A stretch of DNA of 40,314 nucleotides from Elusimicrobiota bacterium (lineage in GTDB: Bacteria > Elusimicrobiota > Elusimicrobia > 2-01-FULL-59-12), in contig JBBSDO010000001.1 of the NCBI GenBank assembly GCA_038241515.1, positions 1 to 40,314 of the forward strand, written 5' to 3'. Each line of letters starts with the position of its first letter. Position 1 is the first letter of the stretch. The notes under the pieces were generated by a model. The model saw only the letters and a list, made by a program, of their open reading frames with translations. It was not told the origin of the DNA and searched no databases. The translations under genes were made by a program, and so were the position numbers. Positions 24,555 through 36,323 of the stretch are shown one piece after another.

Positions 24555-25334
24555 TTGAGCGTGACCGCAACAACGGATAGCTTCTTTGACACGAACTCCG
24601 TCACCGCGCGCAACGACATGACCATCCCAGGCGCCGTTTACGTTCGAAATGGTCTGAACAATCGGTTTTTGAACAACACGATCAATGGCTCCTTCGATCC
24701 GTCGAAATATAACGGGGCCAACTCCTTAGGCGCGGACGACGGGTACGTCGTTATAGATGAGTCGAACCTTGTGATCACGGGCGGCACCATTTCAAACGTC
24801 TGGGACGAAGGAATTGAGACGGTTGGGGCCATCGTCAACGCAACGTTTCAAGGAATTGCCATCCGTACCGCCTTTAGCGGTGGGATCGGGGGGTGGCTCT
24901 GGAGCAGCGTGAGGGACAGCCTGATCGCAGACAACACGGTAGACAGCGCTCCGAGGATGTTCGATTTCTACCGAATCAACGGGATGCGGTCGAACGACAG
25001 TAAGATTTACTTTCTCAACAATACATTCCGAAACAACGTGTTCACCAATCCCCGGAACTTTGCTTACCCGGGCGATTTCTCCACGCCCTCTGCTTCGTTT
25101 AACTTCGGTTCGCTCTCGACTACACTCGTTCCCGGCGATGCCCGTTTAGCCACGGCAGCGGACCTGGTAATGAGTGGAAACACTTTCGCGGGAAACAATT
25201 TTGGGAAGATCGTGCCGGCACCTAGTTTCGTGAAGCACCCTTCGCAGCCCAGCCAGTTCGCTGTGGATGGCGGTGGGAACACCTGCAGCCCCCCTCCGAG
25301 TTACATTACGGACTATCCGTTGAAGTGTTTGTAG
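24555..25334 (+). CDS. 3' fragment of a right-handed beta-helix protein (no signal peptide, TTG as first start codon); probably the distal part of the gene begun at 21781
   Basis: It has beta-helix coil motifs (NRFLNNTING, LVITGGTISN, SLIADNTVDS, IYFLNNTFRNNVF, LVMSGNTFAGNNF). The same frame is open back to 24486 and reads ITLRGNTVLGS right at the IS right end. Confidence 0.55.
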   Translation: MSVTATTDSFFDTNSVTARNDMTIPGAVYVRNGLNNRFLNNTINGSFDPSKYNGANSLGADDGYVVIDESNLVITGGTISNVWDEGIETVGAIVNATFQGIAIRTAFSGGIGGWLWSSVRDSLIADNTVDSAPRMFDFYRINGMRSNDSKIYFLNNTFRNNVFTNPRNFAYPGDFSTPSASFNFGSLSTTLVPGDARLATAADLVMSGNTFAGNNFGKIVPAPSFVKHPSQPSQFAVDGGGNTCSPPPSYITDYPLKCL

Positions 25335-25367
25335 TAGTAATGACCGGCCATCCGAGCGTCCGCCGTT

Positions 25368-25769
25368 TTACGCTGTCTTTTTGACGAGCTGGCGCAGCAA
25401 GTGAGCCAACTCCAGTTTGGTCATTTGGTGAGTGGCGATTTTCATCATGGCCGGATAGAGCTGACCCCTCGGATCATTCAACCCAAGGCCGTTCAACTTT
25501 AAGAAAATGAGTGCGGCGCCCAAGGCCGCTCGTTTGTTTCCGTCGATAAAGGGCTGATTTTCCGCGATGTGATAAGCATATGCGGCGGCCATTTCAAAAA
25601 TACCGGAGTGCAAATAATTTCCTCCGAAGCTCGCCTGCGGCGTAGCCAAGGCGGAATCGAGCAGGCCAAAGTCCCTTGTGCCGCTTTGACCCCCGAAGCG
25701 CGCTAGCATTTCATGCTGGATATCTAGAACTTCAGCAAGGGTCAAGAACTTGGGTTCCCCCTCGTTCAT
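25368..25769 (-). CDS. doc: Death-on-curing (Doc) Fic-family toxin
   Basis: It has the Fic/Doc motif HIAENQPFIDGNKRAALGA. It also has LLDSALATPQASFGG and an ATGA overlap with the upstream antitoxin. Confidence 0.9.
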   Translation of the reverse strand: MNEGEPKFLTLAEVLDIQHEMLARFGGQSGTRDFGLLDSALATPQASFGGNYLHSGIFEMAAAYAYHIAENQPFIDGNKRAALGAALIFLKLNGLGLNDPRGQLYPAMMKIATHQMTKLELAHLLRQLVKKTA

Positions 25770-25993
25770 TTAGCAAGCTTCTTGAAGGTTTCGTGGTGCT
25801 TCTTGAGGACCTTTTCCAATGCTCCGCGAAATACTTTGTCACGAGCCGGATCCCGAACCGGAGAAATAATCAGGTTTCTGCCATCGGTTGTCACTTCAAG
25901 CGACGTCTGCATGTCGATATGCAGCAGTTCAAGAATCGGCTTATCGATGACCAAGGCGGCGCTGTTGCCATGGGACGTCAGATGTTTAATCAT
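25766..25993 (-). CDS. AbrB/SpoVT/MazE-fold antitoxin (Doc partner)
   Basis: MIKHLTSHGNSAALVIDKPILELLHID...LEVTTDGRNLIISPV is the swapped-hairpin pattern. AGGAGGA lies 4 nt upstream of the ATG. Confidence 0.8.
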   Translation of the reverse strand: MIKHLTSHGNSAALVIDKPILELLHIDMQTSLEVTTDGRNLIISPVRDPARDKVFRGALEKVLKKHHETFKKLAK

Positions 25994-26004
25994 AAATCCT
26001 CCTC

Positions 26005-26034
26005 GTTACTACTATGTAAGTATAATGTAGTAAC
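26005..26034. promoter_or_regulatory. Candidate operator: GTTACTAC-N14-GTAGTAAC inverted repeat enclosing TATAAT
   Basis: The 8-bp perfect arms are 26005-12 and 26027-34. It lies 12 nt upstream of the antitoxin start codon. Confidence 0.4.
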
Positions 26035-26086
26035 CTAAACATTTCAAGTGCCGGCATTGAAAGAGGCGGGGATTCTGGTAGGTCTG

Positions 26087-26692
26087 TTACTGGGGGATTT
26101 CGCTGCGCATCGGCTCGGCGCCGGGGGAGACCACAGAGGGCTCCAGGGGCTGCAGATCGAGCTTTGTTTGTAGGAAGTCGTGAATCAAGCTCTCTTCGCC
26201 CGTTGCGAGCTTATGGTAGTGCTTCTCACAATACCAGAAGTAATACTGCATCAAGGCCATCGCCGCCAGAATGCTCGCGAAAGAAACGACAAGTAATATC
26301 TTTTCACTGCTGGAAAGCGCAACAAAGGCCCACCTCAGAGCGCAGTACACGAGACCCCCCGATCCGGTGGCAAGGGCCAAATGAAATAATCCCTCGAAGC
26401 GTTCTCGCCAGGGGTGGTTTACGCGATCTGCCTCGACAATGACTGTCGAGCCCTCGCCTTCATGAACCTGAACGACGAATAAAGATCCCCAGAGATTCAC
26501 GTACGTCTTACGCTGCGATAACTCAAAATGGCTGGGTGTGGCGCGGACTATGACCTCGGGATAATTGATCTCCCGCTTGGTGTAAAGACGGGTGGGCGGG
26601 TACTGGTTGACCTGGGCCCTTAAAATAGCTTGAACGCGCTCTGCAGGCAAATCCGATCGATAAATGAAATGGGAAGGCGTGGTTGTTGTCAT
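26087..26692 (-). CDS. Hypothetical membrane protein: soluble N-terminal domain plus 2 C-terminal TM helices. The ORF track extends to 26800; ATG 26692 is preferred.
   Basis: GGGAGA lies 5 nt upstream of ATG 26692, and the upstream 108 nt are AT-rich and promoter-like. The TM segments are LFHLALATGSGGLVYCALRWAFVAL and ILLVVSFASILAAMALMQYYFWY. I recognise no family motif. Confidence 0.5.
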   Translation of the reverse strand: MTTTTPSHFIYRSDLPAERVQAILRAQVNQYPPTRLYTKREINYPEVIVRATPSHFELSQRKTYVNLWGSLFVVQVHEGEGSTVIVEADRVNHPWRERFEGLFHLALATGSGGLVYCALRWAFVALSSSEKILLVVSFASILAAMALMQYYFWYCEKHYHKLATGEESLIHDFLQTKLDLQPLEPSVVSPGAEPMRSEIPQ

Positions 26693-26827
26693 CAGTTCTC
26701 CCTGGTGAACAAGTACTTTCTCATTATATTTCCCTTTTTTTAGCTTTGCACAAGCTTTATTATTGGATTTTAATTCGCGTAAAGTTCCTTTTATGTACAC
26801 GCTAGAGAATTTGATATATTCGCAGCC

Positions 26828-27730
26828 ATGAACCGCTCTGTTTTTCGGAGTGTTTTTTTTATTTTAGGGGGGGTCTTTTTGGCTTCCTGCCAGACGCGCC
26901 ATGATGAGGTGGTAGCCAAGGTCGGGGGGGAAGAGATTACGGTTTCGGATCTGCAATCGCGCCTGCGCGAAACTCCATCAGCCTACCAGCAGTACGCGGC
27001 CTCAGCAGAAGGGCGCAAACAATTCCTCAATCTGATGGTGCGTGAACGGGTGATTCTCTTAGAAGCCAAGAAGTCTGGAATTCAACGTGATCCCACCTAT
27101 CGCCAAGCAATCGACCAGTTTCGGCAGAAGTGGGAGCGGAGTTTAAAAGACAATCAGGACAGCCTACTCGTCCAGACCTATTTACGCAAGCTACGATCAA
27201 AAGATCTGGCGGCCTCCGACACGGAAGTCCAAACCTATTATGAGGGGCACCGCGCCGAATTTGAGCACCCTGTTGAAGTGCAGGCAAGCCACGTGCTTGT
27301 CCCTTCCGAGGCGGAAGCCCAAATGGTTTTGTCTCGTTTGAAAAACGGCGAAGCTTTCGATCGTGTGGCCAAAGAAATGTCCAAAGACCCCGCCACCGCC
27401 GCACGCGGGGGAAAGCTCAACCCCTTCCGCCATGGGATGCTCGTTCCCGAATTCGAGGCAGCCGCTTTTCAATTGAAGGAAGGTGAGCTTTCCGGCATCG
27501 TTAAAACGCAGTTTGGATTTCATATCATTAAAAAGACCGGCGAGAAGAACTTGCCGCCGAGATCTTTAGCCGATGCCAAAGAAGAGATTCGCGCGCGCCT
27601 TGAGCGCGAAAGATTTGATCAATGGGTAATGGCCAAACAGGCCACGTTGGGCGTCAAAATCAATGACCAGGCGATGGCCGCCGTGAAGGCGCCCGCCCCA
27701 AGCGCAGCAAATCCCGTACAGGAGCCTTAA
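26828..27730 (+). CDS. Parvulin-type peptidyl-prolyl isomerase lipoprotein (PrsA/PpiC-like)
   Basis: The lipoprotein signal is FFILGGVFLASC. The parvulin domain shows VQASHVLV...GGKLNPFRHGMLVPEFEAAAFQL..GELSGIVKTQFGFHIIKK. Confidence 0.85.
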   Translation: MNRSVFRSVFFILGGVFLASCQTRHDEVVAKVGGEEITVSDLQSRLRETPSAYQQYAASAEGRKQFLNLMVRERVILLEAKKSGIQRDPTYRQAIDQFRQKWERSLKDNQDSLLVQTYLRKLRSKDLAASDTEVQTYYEGHRAEFEHPVEVQASHVLVPSEAEAQMVLSRLKNGEAFDRVAKEMSKDPATAARGGKLNPFRHGMLVPEFEAAAFQLKEGELSGIVKTQFGFHIIKKTGEKNLPPRSLADAKEEIRARLERERFDQWVMAKQATLGVKINDQAMAAVKAPAPSAANPVQEP

Positions 27731-27733
27731 CAA

Positions 27734-28873
27734 ATGAACACTTCCTTAATAAGAAAGTCCAAAGACCAAGGTTCCAGATCTAGCGTTCCGTTCGAAACCC
27801 GACCTTGGACCGCGGGCTTTGGACCTTGGACGCCGGTTGTTGTCCTGAGCCTTTTGGCGCTGTCCACGACTAGGGCTTCGGCCAAGGTCCTAGATCGGAC
27901 GCTCGCCACCGTCAACGGGCAGGCGATTCTTCTTTCCGAATTCGAAAAGAATGCCGACCCGATTCTGGAACAGTTTAAAAAGTCGGCCCCTCCCGCCGAA
28001 CAAACTCCGGAACGCGTGCAGGACATCAAGAAGCGCGTCCTCGATCAGATGATCGATGATCGTTTGCTCGTTCAGGAAGCGAAGAAAAAAACCATTCGTG
28101 TCAGCCAGCTTGAAATTGATGAAGGGGTCAAAAAAGTGCGCACCCGCTTTACGACCGAAGGCGAGTTTAACGAAGAACTCAAAAAAGAGGGCATGAGCTA
28201 CGACGAATTCCGCAAACACATACAAGATCAGCTCTCGACGATTAAACTGATCGATCAGGAAGTCAAAGCGAAAACGCCTCCGCCCACCGACACTGAAATT
28301 AAGGAGTTGTACGGCACCTTGGATGCGATTGTCCACGACAAACCGATCCCCGGCAGCCACACACCCAGCGAGCTGGAAGAGCTGAAGTCACTCGCCAAAG
28401 CGGTCGAGCATCGCTTCGGCGAGCGCGTGCGGGCGCGCCATATCCTTATTCGGGTCGCACCCACCGCTACGAAGGACGAAAAAGAAAAAGCGCACGATAA
28501 AGCCAGGGAAGCCTTGAAGCAGGTGAAAAGCGGCGGAGATTTCGTGGATCTGGCCAAGAAGTATTCGGACGACCCCGGGAGCAAAGACCGCGGCGGTGAT
28601 CTCGGGTATTTCTCGCATGGCGACATGGTGCCGGCCTTCGATAAGGCCGCCTTTGCGCTCGACGTCGGACAGACCTCCGACATCATCGAAACCCCTTTTG
28701 GCTACCACGTGATTCAGGTTCAAGAAAAGAAGGCGGCGAGCAAACTGAATTTCGAAGAAGTCAAAGACGATTTAAAGGAATACCTCTTCCAGCAACGCGG
28801 CGCCAAGCGCTTCGAAAGCTACATCAAGGACATCCGCTCCAAGTCTGAAATTAAGGTCAATAATCTTAGTTAA
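27734..28873 (+). CDS. SurA-like periplasmic chaperone/parvulin PPIase
   Basis: It has a SurA_N-like segment (VLDRTLATVNGQAILLSEFE...DRLLVQEAKK) and a parvulin domain (RARHILIRV...GGDLGYFSHGDMVPAFDKAAFAL..GQTSDIIETPFGYHVIQV). It sits upstream of pdxA-rsmA as in the classical surA-pdxA-ksgA arrangement. Confidence 0.85.
   Translation: MNTSLIRKSKDQGSRSSVPFETRPWTAGFGPWTPVVVLSLLALSTTRASAKVLDRTLATVNGQAILLSEFEKNADPILEQFKKSAPPAEQTPERVQDIKKRVLDQMIDDRLLVQEAKKKTIRVSQLEIDEGVKKVRTRFTTEGEFNEELKKEGMSYDEFRKHIQDQLSTIKLIDQEVKAKTPPPTDTEIKELYGTLDAIVHDKPIPGSHTPSELEELKSLAKAVEHRFGERVRARHILIRVAPTATKDEKEKAHDKAREALKQVKSGGDFVDLAKKYSDDPGSKDRGGDLGYFSHGDMVPAFDKAAFALDVGQTSDIIETPFGYHVIQVQEKKAASKLNFEEVKDDLKEYLFQQRGAKRFESYIKDIRSKSEIKVNNLS
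27757..27831. repeat. Imperfect palindrome inside the 5' end of the SurA-like gene
   Basis: GTCCAAAGACCAAGGT (27757-27772) faces ACCTTGG (27802-08), CTTTGGAC (27817-24) and CTTGGAC (27825-31). It is translated as ..SKDQGSRS...RPWTAGFGPWT.. ahead of the hydrophobic signal core. Confidence 0.5.
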
Positions 28874-28932
28874 GGCCCGACCCCCGATGGGCCGTTGATG
28901 GAAAACAGCTTCCCTCACCCGCCCTTCGGGCA

Positions 28933-28955
28933 CCCTCTCCCTAGAAGGGAGAGGG
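28933..28955. repeat. GC-rich hairpin CCCTCTCCCT-aga-AGGGAGAGGG (10-bp perfect stem) in the surA-like/pdxA spacer
   Basis: It is perfectly complementary and is preceded by CTCACCCGCCCTTCGGGCACC. No T-run follows. It has the same core as the hairpin inside mfd. Confidence 0.7.
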
Positions 28956-28965
28956 CAAGTTCTCA

Positions 28966-29913
28966 ATGTCCATGAAACCCCGTATCGCTATCACCCTCGG
29001 AGATCCCGCCGGAATCGGACCGGAAATTGTTTCCAAAGCACTTCGCGATCCGCTCGTCTTGGCAGCCTGCGAGCCGATCGTGGTGGGTGATCCCTTCGCC
29101 TTAGCCCTGCACAAACAGCCTTTGCCTACGGTCGAAATGCTTTCCAGCCCCGGTCTTTCTAAGAAACTCACTTTAGGTCGCCCGTCCCAAAAAGGAGGCG
29201 TTTCTGCCATCGAAGCGCTAAATCTTGCTCTCGGCCTTTTACAATCCCGCCAAGCGACGGCGCTCGTCACTGCGCCGGTTTCCAAGGAATCCTTTCATTT
29301 GGCCCACATGGGTCACGCCGGCCATACCGAGTGGTTGGCACAAAAGGCGGGAGTCAAAGAAGTCGCGATGCTTATGGTCGCAGGACGCTTGCGAGCGCTG
29401 TTAATGACCCGTCACGTCCCATTATCGGAGGTCAGTCAAAGGCTGACGCATGAGTTGCTTTTGCACTCTTGCCGGATGGGATATGCCTTTGTTCATGAGA
29501 ACCTTGGAAAAGCGAAGCCGCGACTCGTTCTGTGTGGCTTAAATCCCCACGCTGGCGACAATGGTTTGATCGGCACTGATGAACGGGACCGCTTTCTTCC
29601 CGCTTTGAGCCAGCTGAAGCGCTCCGGGTTCCGCGTCTCCGGCCCCGTTCCAGCCGACACGGTCTTTCGCGCGATGGCCGCGGGAAAATACGATCTCGCC
29701 TTGGCCGCCTATCATGATCAAGGAATGATACCCCTCAAACTTTTCGCTCCCGATCAACTCGTGAATATCACTTTAGGCCTTCCTTATATCCGCACCTCTC
29801 CCGGCCATGGTACCGCCTACGACATCGCCGGCAAAGGCCGAGCGAACCCCAAACCCATGATTGAGGCGATTCTGCTAGCCGCCCACTACGCCCGCAGCGC
29901 CTCCCCCCATTGA
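28966..29913 (+). CDS. pdxA: 4-hydroxythreonine-4-phosphate dehydrogenase PdxA
   Basis: It has ITLGDPAGIGPEI, HAGHTEWL, GLNPHAGDNG, AYHDQGMIPLK and IRTSPGHGTAYDIAGKG. Confidence 0.95.
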   Translation: MSMKPRIAITLGDPAGIGPEIVSKALRDPLVLAACEPIVVGDPFALALHKQPLPTVEMLSSPGLSKKLTLGRPSQKGGVSAIEALNLALGLLQSRQATALVTAPVSKESFHLAHMGHAGHTEWLAQKAGVKEVAMLMVAGRLRALLMTRHVPLSEVSQRLTHELLLHSCRMGYAFVHENLGKAKPRLVLCGLNPHAGDNGLIGTDERDRFLPALSQLKRSGFRVSGPVPADTVFRAMAAGKYDLALAAYHDQGMIPLKLFAPDQLVNITLGLPYIRTSPGHGTAYDIAGKGRANPKPMIEAILLAAHYARSASPH

Positions 29914-29937
29914 AAAAGGGCTGCATGGGGGGATTTT
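29902..29937 (+). terminator. Possible intrinsic terminator/attenuator between pdxA and rsmA
   Basis: The 9-bp stem is TCCCCCCAT (29902-10) paired with ATGGGGGGA (29925-33), with a 14-nt loop, followed by TTTT. The left arm overlaps the last pdxA codons. Confidence 0.4.
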
Positions 29938-29986
29938 ATAGTTCACCTGGCGCTAAATCCTCCTACATCCCTCATAGAGGTCCGCC

Positions 29987-30790
29987 ATGAGACCTCCCCT
30001 CGGCCAGCATTTCCTTAAAGACTCAGAGGTTGTCCAGAGAATCATCGCCTCCGCCGAACTCCAGGTGGGCGAACGCGTGCTCGAAATCGGACCCGGGAAG
30101 GGCGTCCTGACTGGCGAATTGCTGGGGCGCATTAAAGACCTCACCGTGGTCGAACTGGATAACGATTTGGCCGATCGATTAGAGAACCGCTACAAAAACC
30201 ACAGCGGTTTTCGGGTCATTCAGCAAGATTTCCTAAAGGTCGATTTGGATTCCCTGTTTCCAGAAGGTCCCGTGCGAATCCTGGGGAATCTTCCCTATTC
30301 CATCACGTCGCCCATTTTCGAAAAGCTCTTAGCTTGGCCCAAATGGGAGACTGGCGTCTTCTTGATCCAAAAAGAGGTGGCCGAACGCATCCAAAGCGCT
30401 CCGGGATCGCGCACGTTTGGAATTCTTTCGCTGGCCGTTCAACTCTTTGCGTCCGTAGAAACAATTGTTCAAGTGACACCCCAAGCCTTTCTGCCTCCTC
30501 CGAAAGTTTTTTCTACGGTGATCCGTTTGCGGCGCAAGCAAAGGCCGGAGCTCGCGGAAAAATACATCCCCGCCTTTTTTGATTTAGCGCACGCGGCCTT
30601 TTCACACCGCAGAAAAGTTTTAGCCAATAGCTTGGCTCTTTTTGCGGATTTACCTAAAGAAAAGACGCAGGGCTGGCTTGTTCAAATGGGAGTGGAACCT
30701 ACACGTCGAGCCGAAACTTTGGCTCTCAATGACTTCGTGAAAATGGCTGAAGCATGGTCCATTTTCCGTCGAGAAACGAATTTGACATAA
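29987..30790 (+). CDS. rsmA: 16S rRNA (adenine1518/1519-N6)-dimethyltransferase RsmA/KsgA
   Basis: It has LGQHFLKD, VLEIGPGKGVLT, GNLPYSITSPI and FLPPPKV. Confidence 0.95.
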   Translation: MRPPLGQHFLKDSEVVQRIIASAELQVGERVLEIGPGKGVLTGELLGRIKDLTVVELDNDLADRLENRYKNHSGFRVIQQDFLKVDLDSLFPEGPVRILGNLPYSITSPIFEKLLAWPKWETGVFLIQKEVAERIQSAPGSRTFGILSLAVQLFASVETIVQVTPQAFLPPPKVFSTVIRLRRKQRPELAEKYIPAFFDLAHAAFSHRRKVLANSLALFADLPKEKTQGWLVQMGVEPTRRAETLALNDFVKMAEAWSIFRRETNLT

Positions 30791-30864
30791 CCCCATCCAT
30801 CACTTACAATAGCCTGCGTTTAAAAAATTTCCTTCCTCTTTTTTTCCAATGGAGTCGCTTGGTG

Positions 30865-32229
30865 ATGAATACCGCTGTAGATAGTTTGTGGGAAGACGTT
30901 TTGTCCACTCTAAGGCCGGAAATGAACGACGAGTCTTACGACTTGTGGTTCAAACCGATTAAGGCGCTCACCTTAGAGGGCTCCCGGCTGGTGCTCCAAG
31001 TTCCCAACGCTTTTTTCGCGGATTGGCTGCGTGATCATTACCAAACGCGCATCGAAATTCTTTTGAAAGAACGATCGGGGGAAGCGATCACTCTTTCTTT
31101 CCAGGTCCTGCGCGCCCCTGAAGAAGCCGAACGCCTCCCGATGGCTTTGCCGCCCCCGCGCCCGATAGTCCATCCCGGTCCTCCTATCGAAAGCTACCTA
31201 AATTCTCGTTATACCTTTGACACTTTTGTCATTGGCCATTCGAACCGCTTCGCCCAAGCGGCCTCTCAAGCCGTCGCCAAGGACCCTGGCAAGGCCTACA
31301 ACCCCCTATTTCTCTACGGAGGAGTAGGATTGGGGAAAACTCATCTGATGCATGCGATCGGCCACCATATGGTGAAAACCAATCCGCAGGCGCGGGTCGT
31401 TTACATCACGTCTGAAAAATTTATCAACGAATTTATCGACTCGCTGCGTTTTGAGAAAATGCATCAGTTCCGTCAGAAATACCGGAATCTCGACTGCCTC
31501 TTGATCGATGACATTCAGTTCCTTGTTAATAAGGAGAGCTCTCAAGAAGAGTTTTTCTACACGTTTAATACTCTTTACGACTCGCGTAAGCAGATCGTCA
31601 TTTCAAGTGACCGTCCGCCCAAAGAAATACCCACGCTTCAGGAACGTTTGATTACGCGTTTTGAATGGGGCGTGGTGGCCGACATTCAAGCGCCGGAGCT
31701 GGAAACCCGCATCGCCATTTTGCGTGAAAAAGCGGAGGACGAACATCTCTATGTTCCCGACGACGTGATCCTCTTTTTGGCGAGCCATGTGCGGACGAAT
31801 ATTCGCGAGCTCGAGGGGTCCCTCATTCGCGTGGTCGCGCATGCCTCGCTGACGAGTGTGGCATTGACCGTGGATTCCGCCAAGGAAACATTGCGGGACG
31901 TTCTCGCGCGCGAAGAAGCAGCGGCGCCCGTTTCCATGGAGAAAATCCAAGAGGTTGTCGCTCGGCATTACCACGTGGACTTGCATGACATGAAATCCAA
32001 ACGCCGAACAGACGCGATCGCTTTCCCTCGCCAAATCGCCATGTACTTGGCCCGAACGCTCACCGAGATGTCCACGACCCAGATTGGCGACGCTTTTGGC
32101 GGAAGAGATCATACGACCGTTATGCACGCCTCCAATAAAATCAAGAATCGGTTGGAGACGGATCCCTTTTTTGCGGCTCTGGTAAACAAAATTATTCAGG
32201 AAATTCGCTTGGGAGTAAAAGCGGGATAA
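30865..32229 (+). CDS. dnaA: Chromosomal replication initiator DnaA. The ORF track starts at 30754 inside rsmA; ATG 30865 is preferred.
   Basis: The N-terminus is LWEDVLSTLRPEM..YDLWFKPI. It has Walker A GGVGLGKTHLMHAIG, Walker B LLIDDIQFL, sensor SDRPPKE, and the domain IV motifs IAFPRQIAMYL and GGRDHTTVMHA. GGAG lies 10 nt upstream. Confidence 0.95.
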   Translation: MNTAVDSLWEDVLSTLRPEMNDESYDLWFKPIKALTLEGSRLVLQVPNAFFADWLRDHYQTRIEILLKERSGEAITLSFQVLRAPEEAERLPMALPPPRPIVHPGPPIESYLNSRYTFDTFVIGHSNRFAQAASQAVAKDPGKAYNPLFLYGGVGLGKTHLMHAIGHHMVKTNPQARVVYITSEKFINEFIDSLRFEKMHQFRQKYRNLDCLLIDDIQFLVNKESSQEEFFYTFNTLYDSRKQIVISSDRPPKEIPTLQERLITRFEWGVVADIQAPELETRIAILREKAEDEHLYVPDDVILFLASHVRTNIRELEGSLIRVVAHASLTSVALTVDSAKETLRDVLAREEAAAPVSMEKIQEVVARHYHVDLHDMKSKRRTDAIAFPRQIAMYLARTLTEMSTTQIGDAFGGRDHTTVMHASNKIKNRLETDPFFAALVNKIIQEIRLGVKAG

Positions 32230-32447
32230 CTTTTCTGCGCCGTGGATAAGCCGCGGCGTTGTGCACCGTGGGGATAACCTGCGCGAGTTATCCCGAGGAT
32301 GTTATCGTTCATGATTGGTTTGAAAAAGGTTGAGATGGAATCGTTTCAAGTTTCAAAGTGGCTCTATCCCGGTTGTCCATAACCCCTACGGCTACTACTA
32401 CGTATTTATTACAATATAGATATTCTTAGAAACCGGTGTAAAACCCT
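32230..32447. other. Probable oriC (dnaA-dnaN intergenic): DnaA-box cluster plus an AT-rich unwinding candidate
   Basis: Boxes were compared with TTATCCACA/TGTGGATAA. They are cGTGGATAA 32241-49 (8/9), TGgGGATAA 32269-77 (8/9), TTATCCcgA 32288-96 (7/9) and TTgTCCAtA 32373-81 (7/9). An AT-rich tract lies at 32401-32432 (TATTTATTACAATATAGATATTCTTAGAAA). Confidence 0.65.
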
Positions 32448-33557
32448 ATGCAAATAGTCTGTTCCAAAAGTGAATTATTGAAAGGCATCCAGACCGTTCA
32501 GTCCGCGGTCTCAACGAAAAGCACGCTTCCGGTTCTATCCAATATATTATTGGAAACAAAAACCAACCAACTCAAGTTGGCTTCGACCGATTTAGAAGTC
32601 GGTGTGCGCTGCATGATTAAGGCGGAAGTCGTTAAAGAAGGCGCCCTCACTGTCCCCGCAAAGACATTCAGTGACTTCATACGAACCCTCGAGGACAGCC
32701 AGGAAATAAAAATCAGCACGGAGGACTCGACGCGGATGGAAATTCGCTGCGGTAAAACGCGCTGTGTTCTGTTGGGCCTACCGAAAGAAGATTTTCCCGT
32801 TTTGCCGGAGTTTCCCGAGGAAAATTCGATCTCGATTGAAGCCAAAGCACTTCAGGAAATGATTAAGAAGACGTCCTACTCGGTTTCGACGGATGAGACG
32901 CGCTATATCTTAAACGGTATCTACTTCATCCTCGATAAAGGGACCGTCAAGATGGTGGCGACCGATGGTCGGCGTTTGGCTTTTATTTCTCGCGTGGTGG
33001 CGGATAAAAAATTAAGCGTCTCTGCCATTATCCCTTCCAAAGCCATTCGCGAAATTGAGCGGCTCCTGGTGGCCGAAGGAACGGGAGTCGATGCCGTGCG
33101 GATGAGTATCACAGAAAACCAAGTGGCCTTTAAGATTGGCGATACCGTCATCATTTCACGGTTGATTGAAGGACACTTCCCGAATTACGATCAAGTCATT
33201 CCTAAGTCGAGCGAAGTTAAAATTCAAATCTCGACAAAAGACCTTCTGACCATGACCCAACGGGCCGCTCTGGGATCCGGCGAGCGTGGAGGAGCCATTC
33301 GTTTTGCGCTTGAGAAGGGACGCCTGAAAGCCACAGGATCCGCTCAAGGACGAGTGGAGGTGGAAGACGAAATCCCCGTCGACTTCAGTGGAACTCCTAT
33401 CGAAATTGCATTCAATCCGATGTTTGTTCTCGATGTACTCAAAAATGTCGAATCCACTCAAGTCTTTTTGGAACTCACCTCCTCGCTCAATCCCGGCGTC
33501 TTTCGCCCCGTGGGTGACGATCAAGCCTTGTCCGTGATCATGCCGATGCGGGCTTAA
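32448..33557 (+). CDS. dnaN: DNA polymerase III beta sliding clamp DnaN
   Basis: It has typical three-domain length (369 aa), LPVLSNILLE, TDLEV, ATDGRRLA, IEGHFPNY and a MPMR C-terminus. Confidence 0.95.
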   Translation: MQIVCSKSELLKGIQTVQSAVSTKSTLPVLSNILLETKTNQLKLASTDLEVGVRCMIKAEVVKEGALTVPAKTFSDFIRTLEDSQEIKISTEDSTRMEIRCGKTRCVLLGLPKEDFPVLPEFPEENSISIEAKALQEMIKKTSYSVSTDETRYILNGIYFILDKGTVKMVATDGRRLAFISRVVADKKLSVSAIIPSKAIREIERLLVAEGTGVDAVRMSITENQVAFKIGDTVIISRLIEGHFPNYDQVIPKSSEVKIQISTKDLLTMTQRAALGSGERGGAIRFALEKGRLKATGSAQGRVEVEDEIPVDFSGTPIEIAFNPMFVLDVLKNVESTQVFLELTSSLNPGVFRPVGDDQALSVIMPMRA

Positions 33558-33563
33558 CGGCGC

Positions 33564-36318
<2,755 letters not shown>

Positions 36319-36323
36319 ACTCC

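Noticed and set aside
30754-30864. Upstream extension of dnaA to ATG 30754.
   Set aside because: It would overlap the rsmA 3' end by 37 nt and add a non-conserved 37-aa leader. ATG 30865 has a GGAG Shine-Dalgarno sequence and gives the canonical DnaA N-terminus.
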